NCBI GenBank assembly: GCA_965217035.1
Contig: OZ244226.1
Location: 2,152,146 to 2,216,145, forward strand
Length of the DNA: 64,000 nt
Direction: 5' to 3'
Origin: Bacteriovoracaceae bacterium
Lineage (GTDB): Bacteria; Bdellovibrionota; Bacteriovoracia; Bacteriovoracales; Bacteriovoracaceae
Position 1 is the first letter of the stretch; each line of letters opens with the position of its first letter. Made by a program: the position numbers and the translations under genes. Below, piece after piece: positions 30,896-41,277 of this stretch. The notes below the pieces were generated by a model, which did no database searches, had not been told where the DNA came from, and worked only from the letters and a program-made list of their open reading frames with translations.

Positions 30896-31414
30896 TTGGA
30901 AATTGAACGAAAAGGCTTAGAAAAAAAGTTCTTTGATCTCGTTCAGGGTGTTGTTGAGAATGAGGGTTACGCTCTTTATGATCTTGAATATTTAACGGCA
31001 CAAAAATTACTTCGTCTCTATATTATGGATCCTAAAACTCAAACAGTGGTGATTGAAGATTGTGTTCAAGTTGATCGAGCTTTAACAGAACCTTTTGAAC
31101 AGAACGATTGGATTCCTGAAGATATTGTTTTAGAGGTTTCTTCGCCAGGGATTTATCGCAAGCTACGAAATAGGCAACACTTTGAGTGGAGCTTAGAAAA
31201 GAGAATATCTTTGAAGTATCGAGGAGATCTCGATTTCGGTGAAGAAGCAAAAAACAGAACTTTGAAAGGTCAGAACTTGATTGGTTTTTTAAAGGGAGTA
31301 AATGGGGAGAGTGATTTTGAGATCATTATCGAAGTTCCCTTAAAAGATAAAACAATAAACGTAAATATCGATAGCAAGCAACTTGTTAAAGCGAACTGGG
31401 AACCAGAGCTTTAG
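30896..31414 (+). CDS. rimP: ribosome maturation factor RimP
   Basis: LRLYI, IEDC and LEVSSPG motifs; upstream of nusA. Confidence 0.92.
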   Translation: MEIERKGLEKKFFDLVQGVVENEGYALYDLEYLTAQKLLRLYIMDPKTQTVVIEDCVQVDRALTEPFEQNDWIPEDIVLEVSSPGIYRKLRNRQHFEWSLEKRISLKYRGDLDFGEEAKNRTLKGQNLIGFLKGVNGESDFEIIIEVPLKDKTINVNIDSKQLVKANWEPEL

Positions 31415-31431
31415 AAGAAAGGAGATAAAAA

Positions 31432-32865
31432 GTGGATTTTTCAGAAATTGGAAGAGTCATTGAAATGATCGGTAAAGACCGAGGAATCAAAAGGGAGATC
31501 ATCGTTGGTGCGATTGAACAAGCTTTTGTTGTAACGGCTCGAAAGAAGTACGGAATTCATGGTGAATTTGAAGCAAAATATAATGAAGAAGATGGTGATA
31601 TCGAAATCTTTCAATATAAAACAGTTGTTGATGATATTAAAGATGACATTACTGAGATCGGTCTTAATGCTGCTAAAGAACTTGATGAAGACGCTGAAGT
31701 AGGAGATCAACTCGGCCTTAGAGTTGAAGATGTAGGATTCTCAAGAGTTGATATTCAAACAGCGAAACAAATCATTTTTCAAAAGGTTCGTGATGCTGAA
31801 AGAGATATTCTTTTTTCTGAGTTCAAGCATAGAGAAGGGGATCTTGTTACTGGGATTGCAAGACGTTTTGAAAGAGGAAATGTAATGGTTGATCTCGGAA
31901 AAGCGGATGCAGTTCTTCCAAAAAGAGAAATCATTTTTGGAGAAAGCTTTAAACCAGGAGATAGAATTCAAGCCTATCTTTCTGAAGTTGTTATGACGAA
32001 TAGAGGCCCTGAAATTCGTCTTACTAGAACAAGCCCATTATTTTTAATGAAGCTGTTTGAAATGGAAGTTCCAGAAATTGCAGATGGAACGATTGAAGTC
32101 ATGGCTGCAGCTCGTGAGCCAGGTCATAGAGCGAAAATTGCTGTAACGACGATGGATAGAGATATTGATCCCGTTGGAGCCTGTGTTGGTATGAAAGGAT
32201 CAAGAGTTCAAAATATTGTTAACGAACTTCAAGGTGAGAAAATCGACATCGTTCGATGGTCGGAAGATCTTGAAACATTTACGAAGTCTGCTCTTGCACC
32301 TGCCGATATTACTTCGATTAGTTTGAATAGAGATGAACATCTTATCGACGTTATCGTCGAAGATGATCAGCTTTCACTTGCTATTGGTAGAAGAGGGCAA
32401 AACGTTCGTCTTGCTGCCATGTTAACTGGCTGGAAGGTAAACATCGTCTCGAAATCTAAATTACAAGAGAAAGTTAAACTTGCGGTTGAAAACCTTGTTC
32501 AGGTTGAAGCGATTAATGATGCAGCTGCTCAGATGCTTGTTCAAAATGGTGTAATGTCGATTGTTGATCTTTCTGCAGCTGAAGCTTCTGAGATTTCAAG
32601 AATTCTTGGATCGAACGATGATCATGCTCAAGGATTTATCGATGCGGCAGCTAAAGCTGTTGAAGCGGGCGAAGTTAAAATTGATATTGAAGAAGATGAA
32701 GAAATTATTTCAGCTTCTGCAATTCCAGGTCGCCATGGATTTATTAAAGGCCAAGATGCTGTTCCTGGAACAGAAGAAGCAGGTGCTACTTCTGAAGAGG
32801 GTGAGAAATTTAGCGAAGCAGAAAAGCGACTTAGAGAAGAGCTTGCTGCTTTTAAATTAAAATAA
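31432..32865 (+). CDS. nusA: transcription factor NusA
   Basis: S1 and KH domains: AREPG.RAKIAV, DPVGACVGMKGSRVQ, LAIGRRGQN. Confidence 0.97.
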   Translation: MDFSEIGRVIEMIGKDRGIKREIIVGAIEQAFVVTARKKYGIHGEFEAKYNEEDGDIEIFQYKTVVDDIKDDITEIGLNAAKELDEDAEVGDQLGLRVEDVGFSRVDIQTAKQIIFQKVRDAERDILFSEFKHREGDLVTGIARRFERGNVMVDLGKADAVLPKREIIFGESFKPGDRIQAYLSEVVMTNRGPEIRLTRTSPLFLMKLFEMEVPEIADGTIEVMAAAREPGHRAKIAVTTMDRDIDPVGACVGMKGSRVQNIVNELQGEKIDIVRWSEDLETFTKSALAPADITSISLNRDEHLIDVIVEDDQLSLAIGRRGQNVRLAAMLTGWKVNIVSKSKLQEKVKLAVENLVQVEAINDAAAQMLVQNGVMSIVDLSAAEASEISRILGSNDDHAQGFIDAAAKAVEAGEVKIDIEEDEEIISASAIPGRHGFIKGQDAVPGTEEAGATSEEGEKFSEAEKRLREELAAFKLK

Positions 32866-32903
32866 ATAGGTAAGCAATAATAAGCAATAAGCGGAGTTAC
32901 CCT

Positions 32904-35522
32904 ATGAGTAAAAAGGTTTTTGAATTAGCCAAAGAACTCGACATTGGATCAGTTGTTCTCGTTGAAAAAATACGAGGAATGGGAATCAATGTTCGAAACC
33001 ACATGGTGAAGCTTTCTGAAGAGGAACTCGATCAAGTTATGAAAGGACTTGAAGCCGAGAAGCAAGCGACCGTCGCTGCGGCTCCTAAGAAAAAAGTTGT
33101 TAAGAAGAAAAAGAAAGCTATAAAGAAAAAAACGGTCAAAAAAACAACCAAGGCAACGGCAGCAACTGAAGTGACTGAAGCTACTGAAGAAGCACCAAAG
33201 AAAAAGAAAACGGTAAAAAAGAAAGTTATTACTGTTAAAAAGAAAGCTGTTGCTAAGAGAAAAGAAGATGCCAAGAAGGCTAAAGAAGCTCTCGAACCTG
33301 TCAATAAGGTAGCTTCTCAGCAAGCCCTAAGAGTGGTTAAGCCTGCACCTACAGCAGAACCAACAATTACAGCCACTGATCAAGCGTTAGATCCAAGCTC
33401 AGATGTCTACAAAGAGAAGATGCATACCTTTACTCCTGTTTTTGTCCCTGAGAAAGGTGCTGAGCAACCAAAAAAAGCTTCTCAACCGACGAAACAAGCA
33501 AGTCCAGCAGATGCTCCTGATCTCAATGCTGATAAAACAAAAGGCAAAAAACGAATTGGAGATCTCGCAGCTATTGTTAATAAGAAGGGTGGAGAGAAAT
33601 CTAAAGACCTTGGAATGATTCGTGCTGAAGAAGAGCTGAAGTTAGCTTCAACTCTTGTTGGATCAAGTGCTTATATACCAGCTCGAAGAAAGAAGGTTTT
33701 TACTGGGGCAACAAAATCTACAATAATAACGGAAGTTAAGGATTCAAAACGAGTGGTTCGTATGCACGGAGCAATAACGTTAAAGGATCTTGCCGACAAG
33801 CTAAGTGAAAAGTTTAATAACTTTGCTAATAAAGTCCTTGAGTTAAATCTCCTTGTTAAAGAAGAAGATTATGTAGGAGTCCAACTTGCAACTGAAATTG
33901 CTGAAATCTATGGCTATCGGGTAGAAGATGTTGCTTTTGATGAATCAGAAGTTATCGCTCAGGCTCAAGAAAAAGTGAAAACCGATTCTGATGCTCCATC
34001 AAGAAGCCCAATCGTAACGATTATGGGGCATGTCGATCATGGTAAAACGACACTTCTTGATCATATCAGAGAAGCTAAAGTTGCCGATGGTGAAGCCGGT
34101 GGAATTACTCAGCATATTGGAGCTTATTCGGTTCCGGTAAAAGATTCGACCTTAACCTTTCTCGATACTCCAGGTCACGCGGCTTTTGGGAATATGAGAC
34201 AGCGTGGAGCTGATGTTACTGATGTTGTTATTCTTGTTGTTGCTGCCGATGATGGGGTCATGGAGCAAACAAAAGAATCTATCAAATATATCCAAAAAGC
34301 TGAGAAACCATTAATTGTTGCCGTTAACAAAATGGACAAAGAAGGAGCAAATCCTGATCGGGTGAAGCAAGAATTAATGGAATTTAATATTACTCCAGAA
34401 GAATGGGGTGGAGACGTTCAATTTATTGAAATCTCTGCACTCAAAGGCACTGGAATTGATAACCTTCTTGAAGCAGTTCAACTTCAAGCTGAGATCCTTG
34501 AACTTCGTGCAACTCCAAAGGGAGCAGCTGAAGGAATGATTATTGAATCTAAGATTGAAACGGGTCGTGGACCAGTTTGTACTGTTTTGATTCAGAAAGG
34601 TACTCTTAAGAAAGGTGATGCCGTTGTTGTTGGAGAAACTTACGGACGAGCAAGAAGCCTCATGGATCATACGGGGAAAATGGTTCCTTCTGCTGGGCCA
34701 TCAACTCCTGTTCAAATACTTGGCCTCGATGGAGTCCCAAGTCCTGGTGATACACTTAATGCTGTTAAGAACGAAAGAGCTGCTAAGAAAATCGTTGAGA
34801 ATAGAGAAGACGAGAGAAAACAACTTGCTCAAGCAAGTAAGAAGAAAATGTCACTTGAGGATTTTTTCGGGACAGCAGCTGATGCTGAAGAGAAAAAGGT
34901 TCTTAAACTTATTATTAGAGCTGATGTTCTTGGATCTTTTGAAGCCATTAAAAACTCAATTGAAGCGCTTGGTAACGATGAAGTTGGAGTTGAGGTTATT
35001 GGAGGAGGTGCTGGTGCGATTTCTGATAGCGATGTTCAAATGGCTGAATCAGTTGAAGGCTATATCATTGGATTTAATATGAGACCTGTCACTTCCGCAA
35101 GAAGACTCGCTGAAGAGAAAGGAATTGATGTTAAGACATACTCAATTATCTATAAGCTCATTGATGATATTAAACTTGCTCTTGAAGGAATGCTTGAACC
35201 TGAAAGAATCGAGAAATATATTGGTCGAGCTCAGGTAAAAGATACTTTCAATATTCCTAAGATTGGTGTTATTGCTGGTTCTGCTGTTATTGATGGAAAA
35301 ATTGAAAGAGGTTGCAATATCCGTCTTCTTAGAGAAGGCAAAATTGTTTTTGATGGACTTATGTCTTCACTTAAGCGTTTCAAAGACGATGTTAAAGAAG
35401 TTAAGAATGGTTATGAATGTGGTATTGCGCTTGAAGGTTATGACGATATAAAAGTTGAAGATATCTTTGAAGCCTATATTTTCGAAGAAAAGAAACGAAC
35501 ACTAGAAGTCGATAGAGTATAG
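32904..35522 (+). CDS. infB: translation initiation factor IF-2
   Basis: GHVDHGKTT, GGITQHIGA, DTPGH, NKMD and SLKRFKDDV motifs. Confidence 0.98.
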   Translation: MSKKVFELAKELDIGSVVLVEKIRGMGINVRNHMVKLSEEELDQVMKGLEAEKQATVAAAPKKKVVKKKKKAIKKKTVKKTTKATAATEVTEATEEAPKKKKTVKKKVITVKKKAVAKRKEDAKKAKEALEPVNKVASQQALRVVKPAPTAEPTITATDQALDPSSDVYKEKMHTFTPVFVPEKGAEQPKKASQPTKQASPADAPDLNADKTKGKKRIGDLAAIVNKKGGEKSKDLGMIRAEEELKLASTLVGSSAYIPARRKKVFTGATKSTIITEVKDSKRVVRMHGAITLKDLADKLSEKFNNFANKVLELNLLVKEEDYVGVQLATEIAEIYGYRVEDVAFDESEVIAQAQEKVKTDSDAPSRSPIVTIMGHVDHGKTTLLDHIREAKVADGEAGGITQHIGAYSVPVKDSTLTFLDTPGHAAFGNMRQRGADVTDVVILVVAADDGVMEQTKESIKYIQKAEKPLIVAVNKMDKEGANPDRVKQELMEFNITPEEWGGDVQFIEISALKGTGIDNLLEAVQLQAEILELRATPKGAAEGMIIESKIETGRGPVCTVLIQKGTLKKGDAVVVGETYGRARSLMDHTGKMVPSAGPSTPVQILGLDGVPSPGDTLNAVKNERAAKKIVENREDERKQLAQASKKKMSLEDFFGTAADAEEKKVLKLIIRADVLGSFEAIKNSIEALGNDEVGVEVIGGGAGAISDSDVQMAESVEGYIIGFNMRPVTSARRLAEEKGIDVKTYSIIYKLIDDIKLALEGMLEPERIEKYIGRAQVKDTFNIPKIGVIAGSAVIDGKIERGCNIRLLREGKIVFDGLMSSLKRFKDDVKEVKNGYECGIALEGYDDIKVEDIFEAYIFEEKKRTLEVDRV

Positions 35523-35876
35523 ATGAGTAGACAAGAGAGTTTTTCACGAGAAAAGTTTCAAGAGAAGATTCAGCATGAATTGAATAATCTTTTGCGAACA
35601 GATGTGAGAGACCCACGGACTCAATTTATATCAATCACTCATGTCGAACTTAATAAGGACTACTCGCAAGCGAAGGTGTACTGGGATACATTTGATGCTT
35701 CAACAAGAGGGAATTCTAAAAAAGCGATCGAAGGAATGGTTGGAGTTCTAAGAAAAAAACTTTCTCAGAATATTAAATTACGCCACACCCCTGAGTTAAA
35801 GTTTATTTACAATTCTCAATTTGAAGATGAAATGAAAATTACACAGCTTCTTGCGGAGAGTTCTGATGAAGAGTGA
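35523..35876 (+). CDS. rbfA: ribosome-binding factor A
   Basis: VRDPR, ITHVEL..D...AKVY and LRHTPELKF motifs; operon position. Confidence 0.93.
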   Translation: MSRQESFSREKFQEKIQHELNNLLRTDVRDPRTQFISITHVELNKDYSQAKVYWDTFDASTRGNSKKAIEGMVGVLRKKLSQNIKLRHTPELKFIYNSQFEDEMKITQLLAESSDEE

Positions 35877-36789
35877 GTTACCTCCTTGTGTCTTCAATAT
35901 TTATAAACCTGCAGGTATTACCTCCTATGACGTCTTAAGACATTTTAAAAGAAATCTTGATTATAAATTTTCTAAAGTTGGTCATTTCGGAACGCTTGAT
36001 CCATTTGCTGAAGGAGTACTTCTAATTGCTTTTTCTAGAGCAAGTCGATTGAATAATTACGTTCATGAGGGACTTAATAAAACTTATATTGCTGACGGCA
36101 TCCTTGGTCTAGAAACAGACACAGGTGACCTGACAGTAGAGCCTCGTAATAAGGACGAATCCGATTATCTGAATAATGAAATATCTCAATTCTCTAAAGA
36201 GTTTATTGAAGAGAGGCTTAATGAAAAGTTTCTTGGTGATTATTGGCAAGCTCCTCATAAATTCTCTGCAGCAAAGTTTGAAGGGAAAAAACTATATGAG
36301 TATGCTCGAGAAGGAGTAGAAGTTAAGAAAGAGAAAAAACTTCGGAAGGTTTATAAAATTGAGATCCTTGATTATCAGTTTCCTAAATTAAAAATTCGCT
36401 TTGAAGCGAGCTCTGGAACTTATATTAGAACTCTTTTTTCTGATTGTGCGAATTATCTAGGAACCTTGGGTACCTTGGAAAAATTATATAGAGAAAAAAT
36501 CGGTTCTATCTCGATGGATGAATCTCTTAAAAAAGAGCAATGGCCCTTAAAGGGAGAGGGGTGGGATTGGAAACAATTTGCAATTCCTATGACTGGCCTT
36601 CTTCCATTTGCTCAAGTTCAACTTCCACCGAAGCAAGTCTCTTCTCTAAGTCATGGAGTCGCGGTTTCTTTTGAGGGATCAGTTGCCGAAGACGATCTTT
36701 GTTGGGCGGTTAATAACTCTAGCCATCCTTTAGCTTTAGGGATTGTTAAAAACCAGCGAATTAAGCCATTAGTAAATTTTAGTAGTTAA
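35866..36789 (+). CDS. truB: tRNA pseudouridine(55) synthase
   Basis: KPAGITS, KVGHFGTLDPFAEGVL and SSGTYIRTL motifs. Confidence 0.95.
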   Translation: MKSELPPCVFNIYKPAGITSYDVLRHFKRNLDYKFSKVGHFGTLDPFAEGVLLIAFSRASRLNNYVHEGLNKTYIADGILGLETDTGDLTVEPRNKDESDYLNNEISQFSKEFIEERLNEKFLGDYWQAPHKFSAAKFEGKKLYEYAREGVEVKKEKKLRKVYKIEILDYQFPKLKIRFEASSGTYIRTLFSDCANYLGTLGTLEKLYREKIGSISMDESLKKEQWPLKGEGWDWKQFAIPMTGLLPFAQVQLPPKQVSSLSHGVAVSFEGSVAEDDLCWAVNNSSHPLALGIVKNQRIKPLVNFSS

Positions 36790-36922
36790 TTTGCCAAGCA
36801 AAGGCCTCAAACTAGTCAGAGTTAAAATTTTTATTTTTTCAAATGAGAACTAAGTCCTTGAAATTATAGAGAGTTAGTAAATTCTCGCTTATTAGCCTTT
36901 AAGATGATAAGAGGGGGTTTAA

Positions 36923-36988
36923 ATGTTTAAAATTATCGCATTTACAGTTTTTCTTATCTACCTTTCTGTTCAGCTTTCTATAAGTTAG
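36923..36988 (+). CDS. candidate 21-aa hydrophobic small protein
   Basis: SD-like GAGGGGG then ATG; encodes MFKIIAFTVFLIYLSVQLSIS*. Confidence 0.35.
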   Translation: MFKIIAFTVFLIYLSVQLSIS

Positions 36989-37243
36989 CGTGAATATCTT
37001 TTTAACCATATTTGTAGGTTTTGTATTATCCTTTTTCTTCTCTTTTACCAACATAAGAGCAGGGGTTTTTTACACTTAAAATAACGTTATTGGACATCGG
37101 GTGTGTTTTAGACAAGTTTTTGATGCGGAGAATCAATTAAAACCATCGAGATTTTAAATGAACTTTCATTTATAAGGCATTCAAATTATTGGTTTTTTTC
37201 AGTATAATTGACCTGGATACAGATGAATTGAGGAGAGGGACAG

Positions 37244-38110
37244 ATGTCTACAAGTACTATTGCTCTTGGAATTGCTACGACGTTGGTTGTCGGACTGGTT
37301 TTTGGTCTTGGCGTTCTTAGTTTGCTTTTCGGTGTTTTTGAATGGATTTTTGGCCGTCCGAAATTAGTTTTTCTTAAGCCGAATGAATTCGAAGCAGGCT
37401 TTGCCTTCACTTTTAAATGGAATGCTGCAAAGGAACCTGCAAAAATTGATAATATTGAATTAAGACTTTTTAACCCTTTGGGGAATCCGTCGCAAGTTCA
37501 GATTAAAAAATCTTTTGATCCTGAGTCTGAATCTTTTTCTAAAGAAATTGATTTTGGAAAAAGATATATTGATCTTTTAGGTGCTGAAGGTTTTGAGTCA
37601 GGCCGTGTTGAAGTTATTTTTTCTTCTACTGCTGATGGTGTGAACTTTGCTTTTGAATATCCGGCATCTAAATTTAAAGCTCTTTTAAGTGCAGCAGGAG
37701 AAACACTTGCTGATCTTGATAACTCTGAAGCTGAAATCACTTGGGATGCTCAGTCAGCAATTCCTGCCAGATCTTTCATTGCAGATACTGTTCCGGGTAA
37801 AGGAGCACAACTTGCTATTCCTACGAATCCTGCTTTTGAAGCCTATTTCAAAAACATGGGAGGTGGTGGAGCTGCAGAAGGCGGAGCAGATGCGCCAGCA
37901 CAAGAAAACTTTAATATAGAAAAGGTATGGATTGAGCCAGGTTGTATTGTTTGTAACGCTTGTGAAGATATTTATCCTGAAGTTTTTGAGGTCCTTGCTG
38001 ACACTTGTATCATTCGTCCAAATCCACCACTTGATGATGGTTTAAGAATGGAAGAAGCGGCTGATGCTTGTCCTGTAGAAGTTATCAAGTTTACGAAAGC
38101 CACGGCTTAA
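37244..38110 (+). CDS. membrane-anchored protein with a C-terminal single-cluster ferredoxin domain
   Basis: N-terminal TM helix; CIVCNAC...ACPVEVI. Confidence 0.8.
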   Translation: MSTSTIALGIATTLVVGLVFGLGVLSLLFGVFEWIFGRPKLVFLKPNEFEAGFAFTFKWNAAKEPAKIDNIELRLFNPLGNPSQVQIKKSFDPESESFSKEIDFGKRYIDLLGAEGFESGRVEVIFSSTADGVNFAFEYPASKFKALLSAAGETLADLDNSEAEITWDAQSAIPARSFIADTVPGKGAQLAIPTNPAFEAYFKNMGGGGAAEGGADAPAQENFNIEKVWIEPGCIVCNACEDIYPEVFEVLADTCIIRPNPPLDDGLRMEEAADACPVEVIKFTKATA

Positions 38111-38448
38111 TGAAGTATCTTTTGTTTCTCTTATTTATTGCCTGTGCTCAACATCAAGTTGGAAGTAATGAGGCAGGGGTCTTTATTGCGAAACATTCAA
38201 GTCTTGATAAAAAAGATGCACTTAAAACTGCGTTAGAATATGCCCGGGTACAATGTGATGGAGATAGAATGATTCTTGTTTCTAAAAATGTTGAGTATGA
38301 AGGAAAGCTCTCAGAAGCTGAAAATGAAAAAGTAAAAGATAGTTCTAATAAATCAATCATGATGGGTGAAGGAGGAATGGCCCAAACCGATTATGCTCTG
38401 AAAGGAGATAATCTCTACCACGCTGTTGTTCGTTTTCGTTGTAAATAA
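38110..38448 (+). CDS. lipoprotein
   Basis: TAATG coupling to the upstream gene; MKYLLFLLFIAC lipobox. Confidence 0.7.
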   Translation: MKYLLFLLFIACAQHQVGSNEAGVFIAKHSSLDKKDALKTALEYARVQCDGDRMILVSKNVEYEGKLSEAENEKVKDSSNKSIMMGEGGMAQTDYALKGDNLYHAVVRFRCK

Positions 38449-38515
38449 GGAAGTTTATAAACCAGCTTTTGGAAGAACGACTCTTTTCTAGTTAATATTC
38501 ATTCTAAGGCCTAAA

Positions 38516-40630
38516 CTAGATTCCTAATTTTTTTAGGAAAGCTTTGTTGTTTGGTTTTCTTCCTAGATATTTTTTCAAGGAAATATTTACATCCCGACTA
38601 TCACCAACTTCATAAATTTCTTTTCTTAAACGCATGCCAATGTTTTTATCAAGAAAACCTTGGGGGCTTTTTTCAAAAACAGATGCCATATCAGCAGCGA
38701 TACTATCCGACCAAGCATAACCATAATAACCAGCATCATAACCACCGAAAAGATGACCAAAGGCCGTAATGAAGCTAGTACCTGGAATTGGTTTAAAAGC
38801 AACCTGTCTCAAAATATCGTTTGTGTAGTCAATTGCTGTCTTTCCGGTTTTCTTTAAAATATTTTGATGAAGTTCGAGATCCATCTTTGCAAAAGCAAGT
38901 TGTCTCCGATAAGAAATTCCGATTGTCGCAAGACGTGATCTTTTAATCTTATCAAGAGTGTCTTCCGGAATTTTATCTTTTGGATTTTGATAATTAACAG
39001 CGAAACGATCGAGAACTCTTTTGTCGAGTAGCCAATTTTCTAGCATTTGAGAGGGAGCTTCTACAAAGTCTCTTGGAACTCTTGTTCCTGCAAAACTAGC
39101 GTAAGTCGCTTTTGTGAGAATACCATGAAGAGCGTGCCCGAATTCATGAAAGAGAGTTTCTACTTGACCAAAACTCAAGAGAGAAGGTTTGTCATCAGTA
39201 GGGAGAGGGAAGTTGCAAATGAGAGCTGCTACAGGAGCTCTATAATAGTCTTTAATTCTTTTGCCTGGTCTAATTGTAAACATGGCAAAGTGTCCGTATT
39301 TTTCTTGTTCTGGTCTTGGGAACATATCAAGATATAAAAAGCCTTTTGGTTTTCCATCGACACTATCAGAAATTTTAACAAGCTTTACTTTAGGATCCCA
39401 GATATAAGGAGCTTCGATGAATTTAATCTTAACTCCAAAAATCTCTTCAAAGACTCCGAACATCCCTTTCAGAGTTTTTTCATACTCAAAGTACTTTTTG
39501 AGAGAGTTCATATCAAGCTTATATTTTTCTTCTTGTAATTTCCGTATATAAAAAGCCGCATCCCAACCATTGATACTATTTCTAACGAGTCCTGTATCTT
39601 TAGCTTTTAGTTTTTCAAGTTCTTTTATCTCTTTTCTAAGTTTAGGACTTAATCCTCTAATAAGATTATTAACAAAGGCGAGAGCATTATTTCCATTTTT
39701 CGCCATCTTCGTTGCGATTTTATAGTCAGCCCAGTTTTTATAACCAAGTAATTTTGCAAGATCTGTTCTGATTTGAAGAACTTTTTCGATGAGAGGAGCA
39801 TTTTCTTTTTTAGCTCTTTGGTTTCTAATTTCAGCGATCTTTTTTCGAACGCCTTCTTTAGGAGAGTTTTTAATGACGGCTACAATTTGATAAGCGACTC
39901 CGGCTTTCGCTATATAATTTCCTTTTTGATCTTTTTCTAAGAGGGCAAGTTCGGATGGAGGCATCCCCCCCATCTCTTCAGGTGTAAAGACTATCTTAGT
40001 TTGGTTAGACTTTTTTATGTTTTCTCTGATTTTATTTTTAAGGAGGGCCATTTCTTTTTTTAGAGACTTCACTTCTTCTTGTTGCTTTTCAGAAAGGTGA
40101 AAGCCGACTCTTTTATAATCTCTTAGAGTTTCGAGAAAAAGTTTCTTTTTTTCTCCACTAAGTTGAGGTTTTTTATCGGCGTAATTCTGGACAGATCTGT
40201 AGACATCTTTTCTAGCCTCTGCATCGACATACCACTTGCTAAATTCATTTTCTAAATCTGAGGCTTTCTTTCGAAGTTCCTTGATATTTGAAGTTGAACT
40301 AATGAGATGAACTCTCGAGCCAACATTTCCAATTTCGTAATAAAGTTTATCAAGGGCTGCGATAGTATTTTCAAAGCTCACTTCACTGGCCTTAAGCTTT
40401 CCAATTTTTGTCAGCGCTGTATTTGCTCTTGCAAAGGCATTTTGAACATTTGTCTCGAGATCTTTTACAGTTTTCTCAAAATAGGGGAGATCAAGAAAGA
40501 CTTTATATTTCTCGCCCTCAGCTGTTTGGGATTTATTAAATTCCTTTGTTGGGGAGTCAATATATTCCTTTGAGTCGAACGATGAGCAAGCGAAGAAGAA
40601 ACTAAATAAAATAAACTTAAACATGATCAT
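38516..40630 (-). CDS. M3 family metallopeptidase (thimet oligopeptidase-like), lipoprotein
   Basis: FHEFGHALH, DFVEAPSQMLENW and GYDAGYYGYAWS motifs; lipobox FFAC. Confidence 0.93.
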   Translation of the reverse strand: MIMFKFILFSFFFACSSFDSKEYIDSPTKEFNKSQTAEGEKYKVFLDLPYFEKTVKDLETNVQNAFARANTALTKIGKLKASEVSFENTIAALDKLYYEIGNVGSRVHLISSTSNIKELRKKASDLENEFSKWYVDAEARKDVYRSVQNYADKKPQLSGEKKKLFLETLRDYKRVGFHLSEKQQEEVKSLKKEMALLKNKIRENIKKSNQTKIVFTPEEMGGMPPSELALLEKDQKGNYIAKAGVAYQIVAVIKNSPKEGVRKKIAEIRNQRAKKENAPLIEKVLQIRTDLAKLLGYKNWADYKIATKMAKNGNNALAFVNNLIRGLSPKLRKEIKELEKLKAKDTGLVRNSINGWDAAFYIRKLQEEKYKLDMNSLKKYFEYEKTLKGMFGVFEEIFGVKIKFIEAPYIWDPKVKLVKISDSVDGKPKGFLYLDMFPRPEQEKYGHFAMFTIRPGKRIKDYYRAPVAALICNFPLPTDDKPSLLSFGQVETLFHEFGHALHGILTKATYASFAGTRVPRDFVEAPSQMLENWLLDKRVLDRFAVNYQNPKDKIPEDTLDKIKRSRLATIGISYRRQLAFAKMDLELHQNILKKTGKTAIDYTNDILRQVAFKPIPGTSFITAFGHLFGGYDAGYYGYAWSDSIAADMASVFEKSPQGFLDKNIGMRLRKEIYEVGDSRDVNISLKKYLGRKPNNKAFLKKLGI

Positions 40631-40692
40631 CCTTGTGTTTAATTTTAGAAATATATTATAGAATGAACGACTAAATGTTCAAAGGAGTTCTT

Positions 40693-41277
40693 ATGTTGAG
40701 AATTTTATTATTGAGTTTATGTTTGAGTGGTTCTGTCTTTGCTGAAAATAAAAAGCAAAAAAATGCATATGAAGAAAGAAAAGGTAATGTCGATGTTGGG
40801 GTCGCAAGATCTTCTAGTGTTAACAGAAGAGATAAAACGATTGGTGTAAATGTTGGAGCTGGATTTGAATCTGTCACTGCAACTTTTAGCATTGCTTTCA
40901 ATTATATTGTTGATGAAAACTTAATGATAGAGTTACGAGCCTCTGATGGAGAGAATACAACTGAGGCAACTCCTACCGATGAAGTTGATAGCTTTTCTTC
41001 TGTTTCGTTAGGTATTAAATATTTCACGACAGATTCTTTTTATATCAAGCCAGCTTTTGAATATATTGATGCTCGAAATGATGAGGATGGAGTTTCTGAA
41101 GTCATTACAGGTAATGGTTTCTCTTTTACAATAGGGAATCAATGGCAATATAGAAACCTGACAATCGGAGTCGATTGGGTTGGGGCTAAACATATTATTT
41201 CAGCCTCGGAGCTCGAAAATGATGCCGATCGGACTCATCTTACCTTTGCAGGATTTTACGTAGGAACGACTTTTTAG
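40693..41277 (+). CDS. small outer-membrane beta-barrel protein
   Basis: Signal peptide (SVFA), beta strands, IGNQWQ, C-terminal Phe. Confidence 0.7.
   Translation: MLRILLLSLCLSGSVFAENKKQKNAYEERKGNVDVGVARSSSVNRRDKTIGVNVGAGFESVTATFSIAFNYIVDENLMIELRASDGENTTEATPTDEVDSFSSVSLGIKYFTTDSFYIKPAFEYIDARNDEDGVSEVITGNGFSFTIGNQWQYRNLTIGVDWVGAKHIISASELENDADRTHLTFAGFYVGTTF

Noticed and set aside
32871..32890. TAAGCAATAA tandem duplication between nusA and infB
   Set aside because: Only two copies of 10 bp; simple slippage is enough to explain it.
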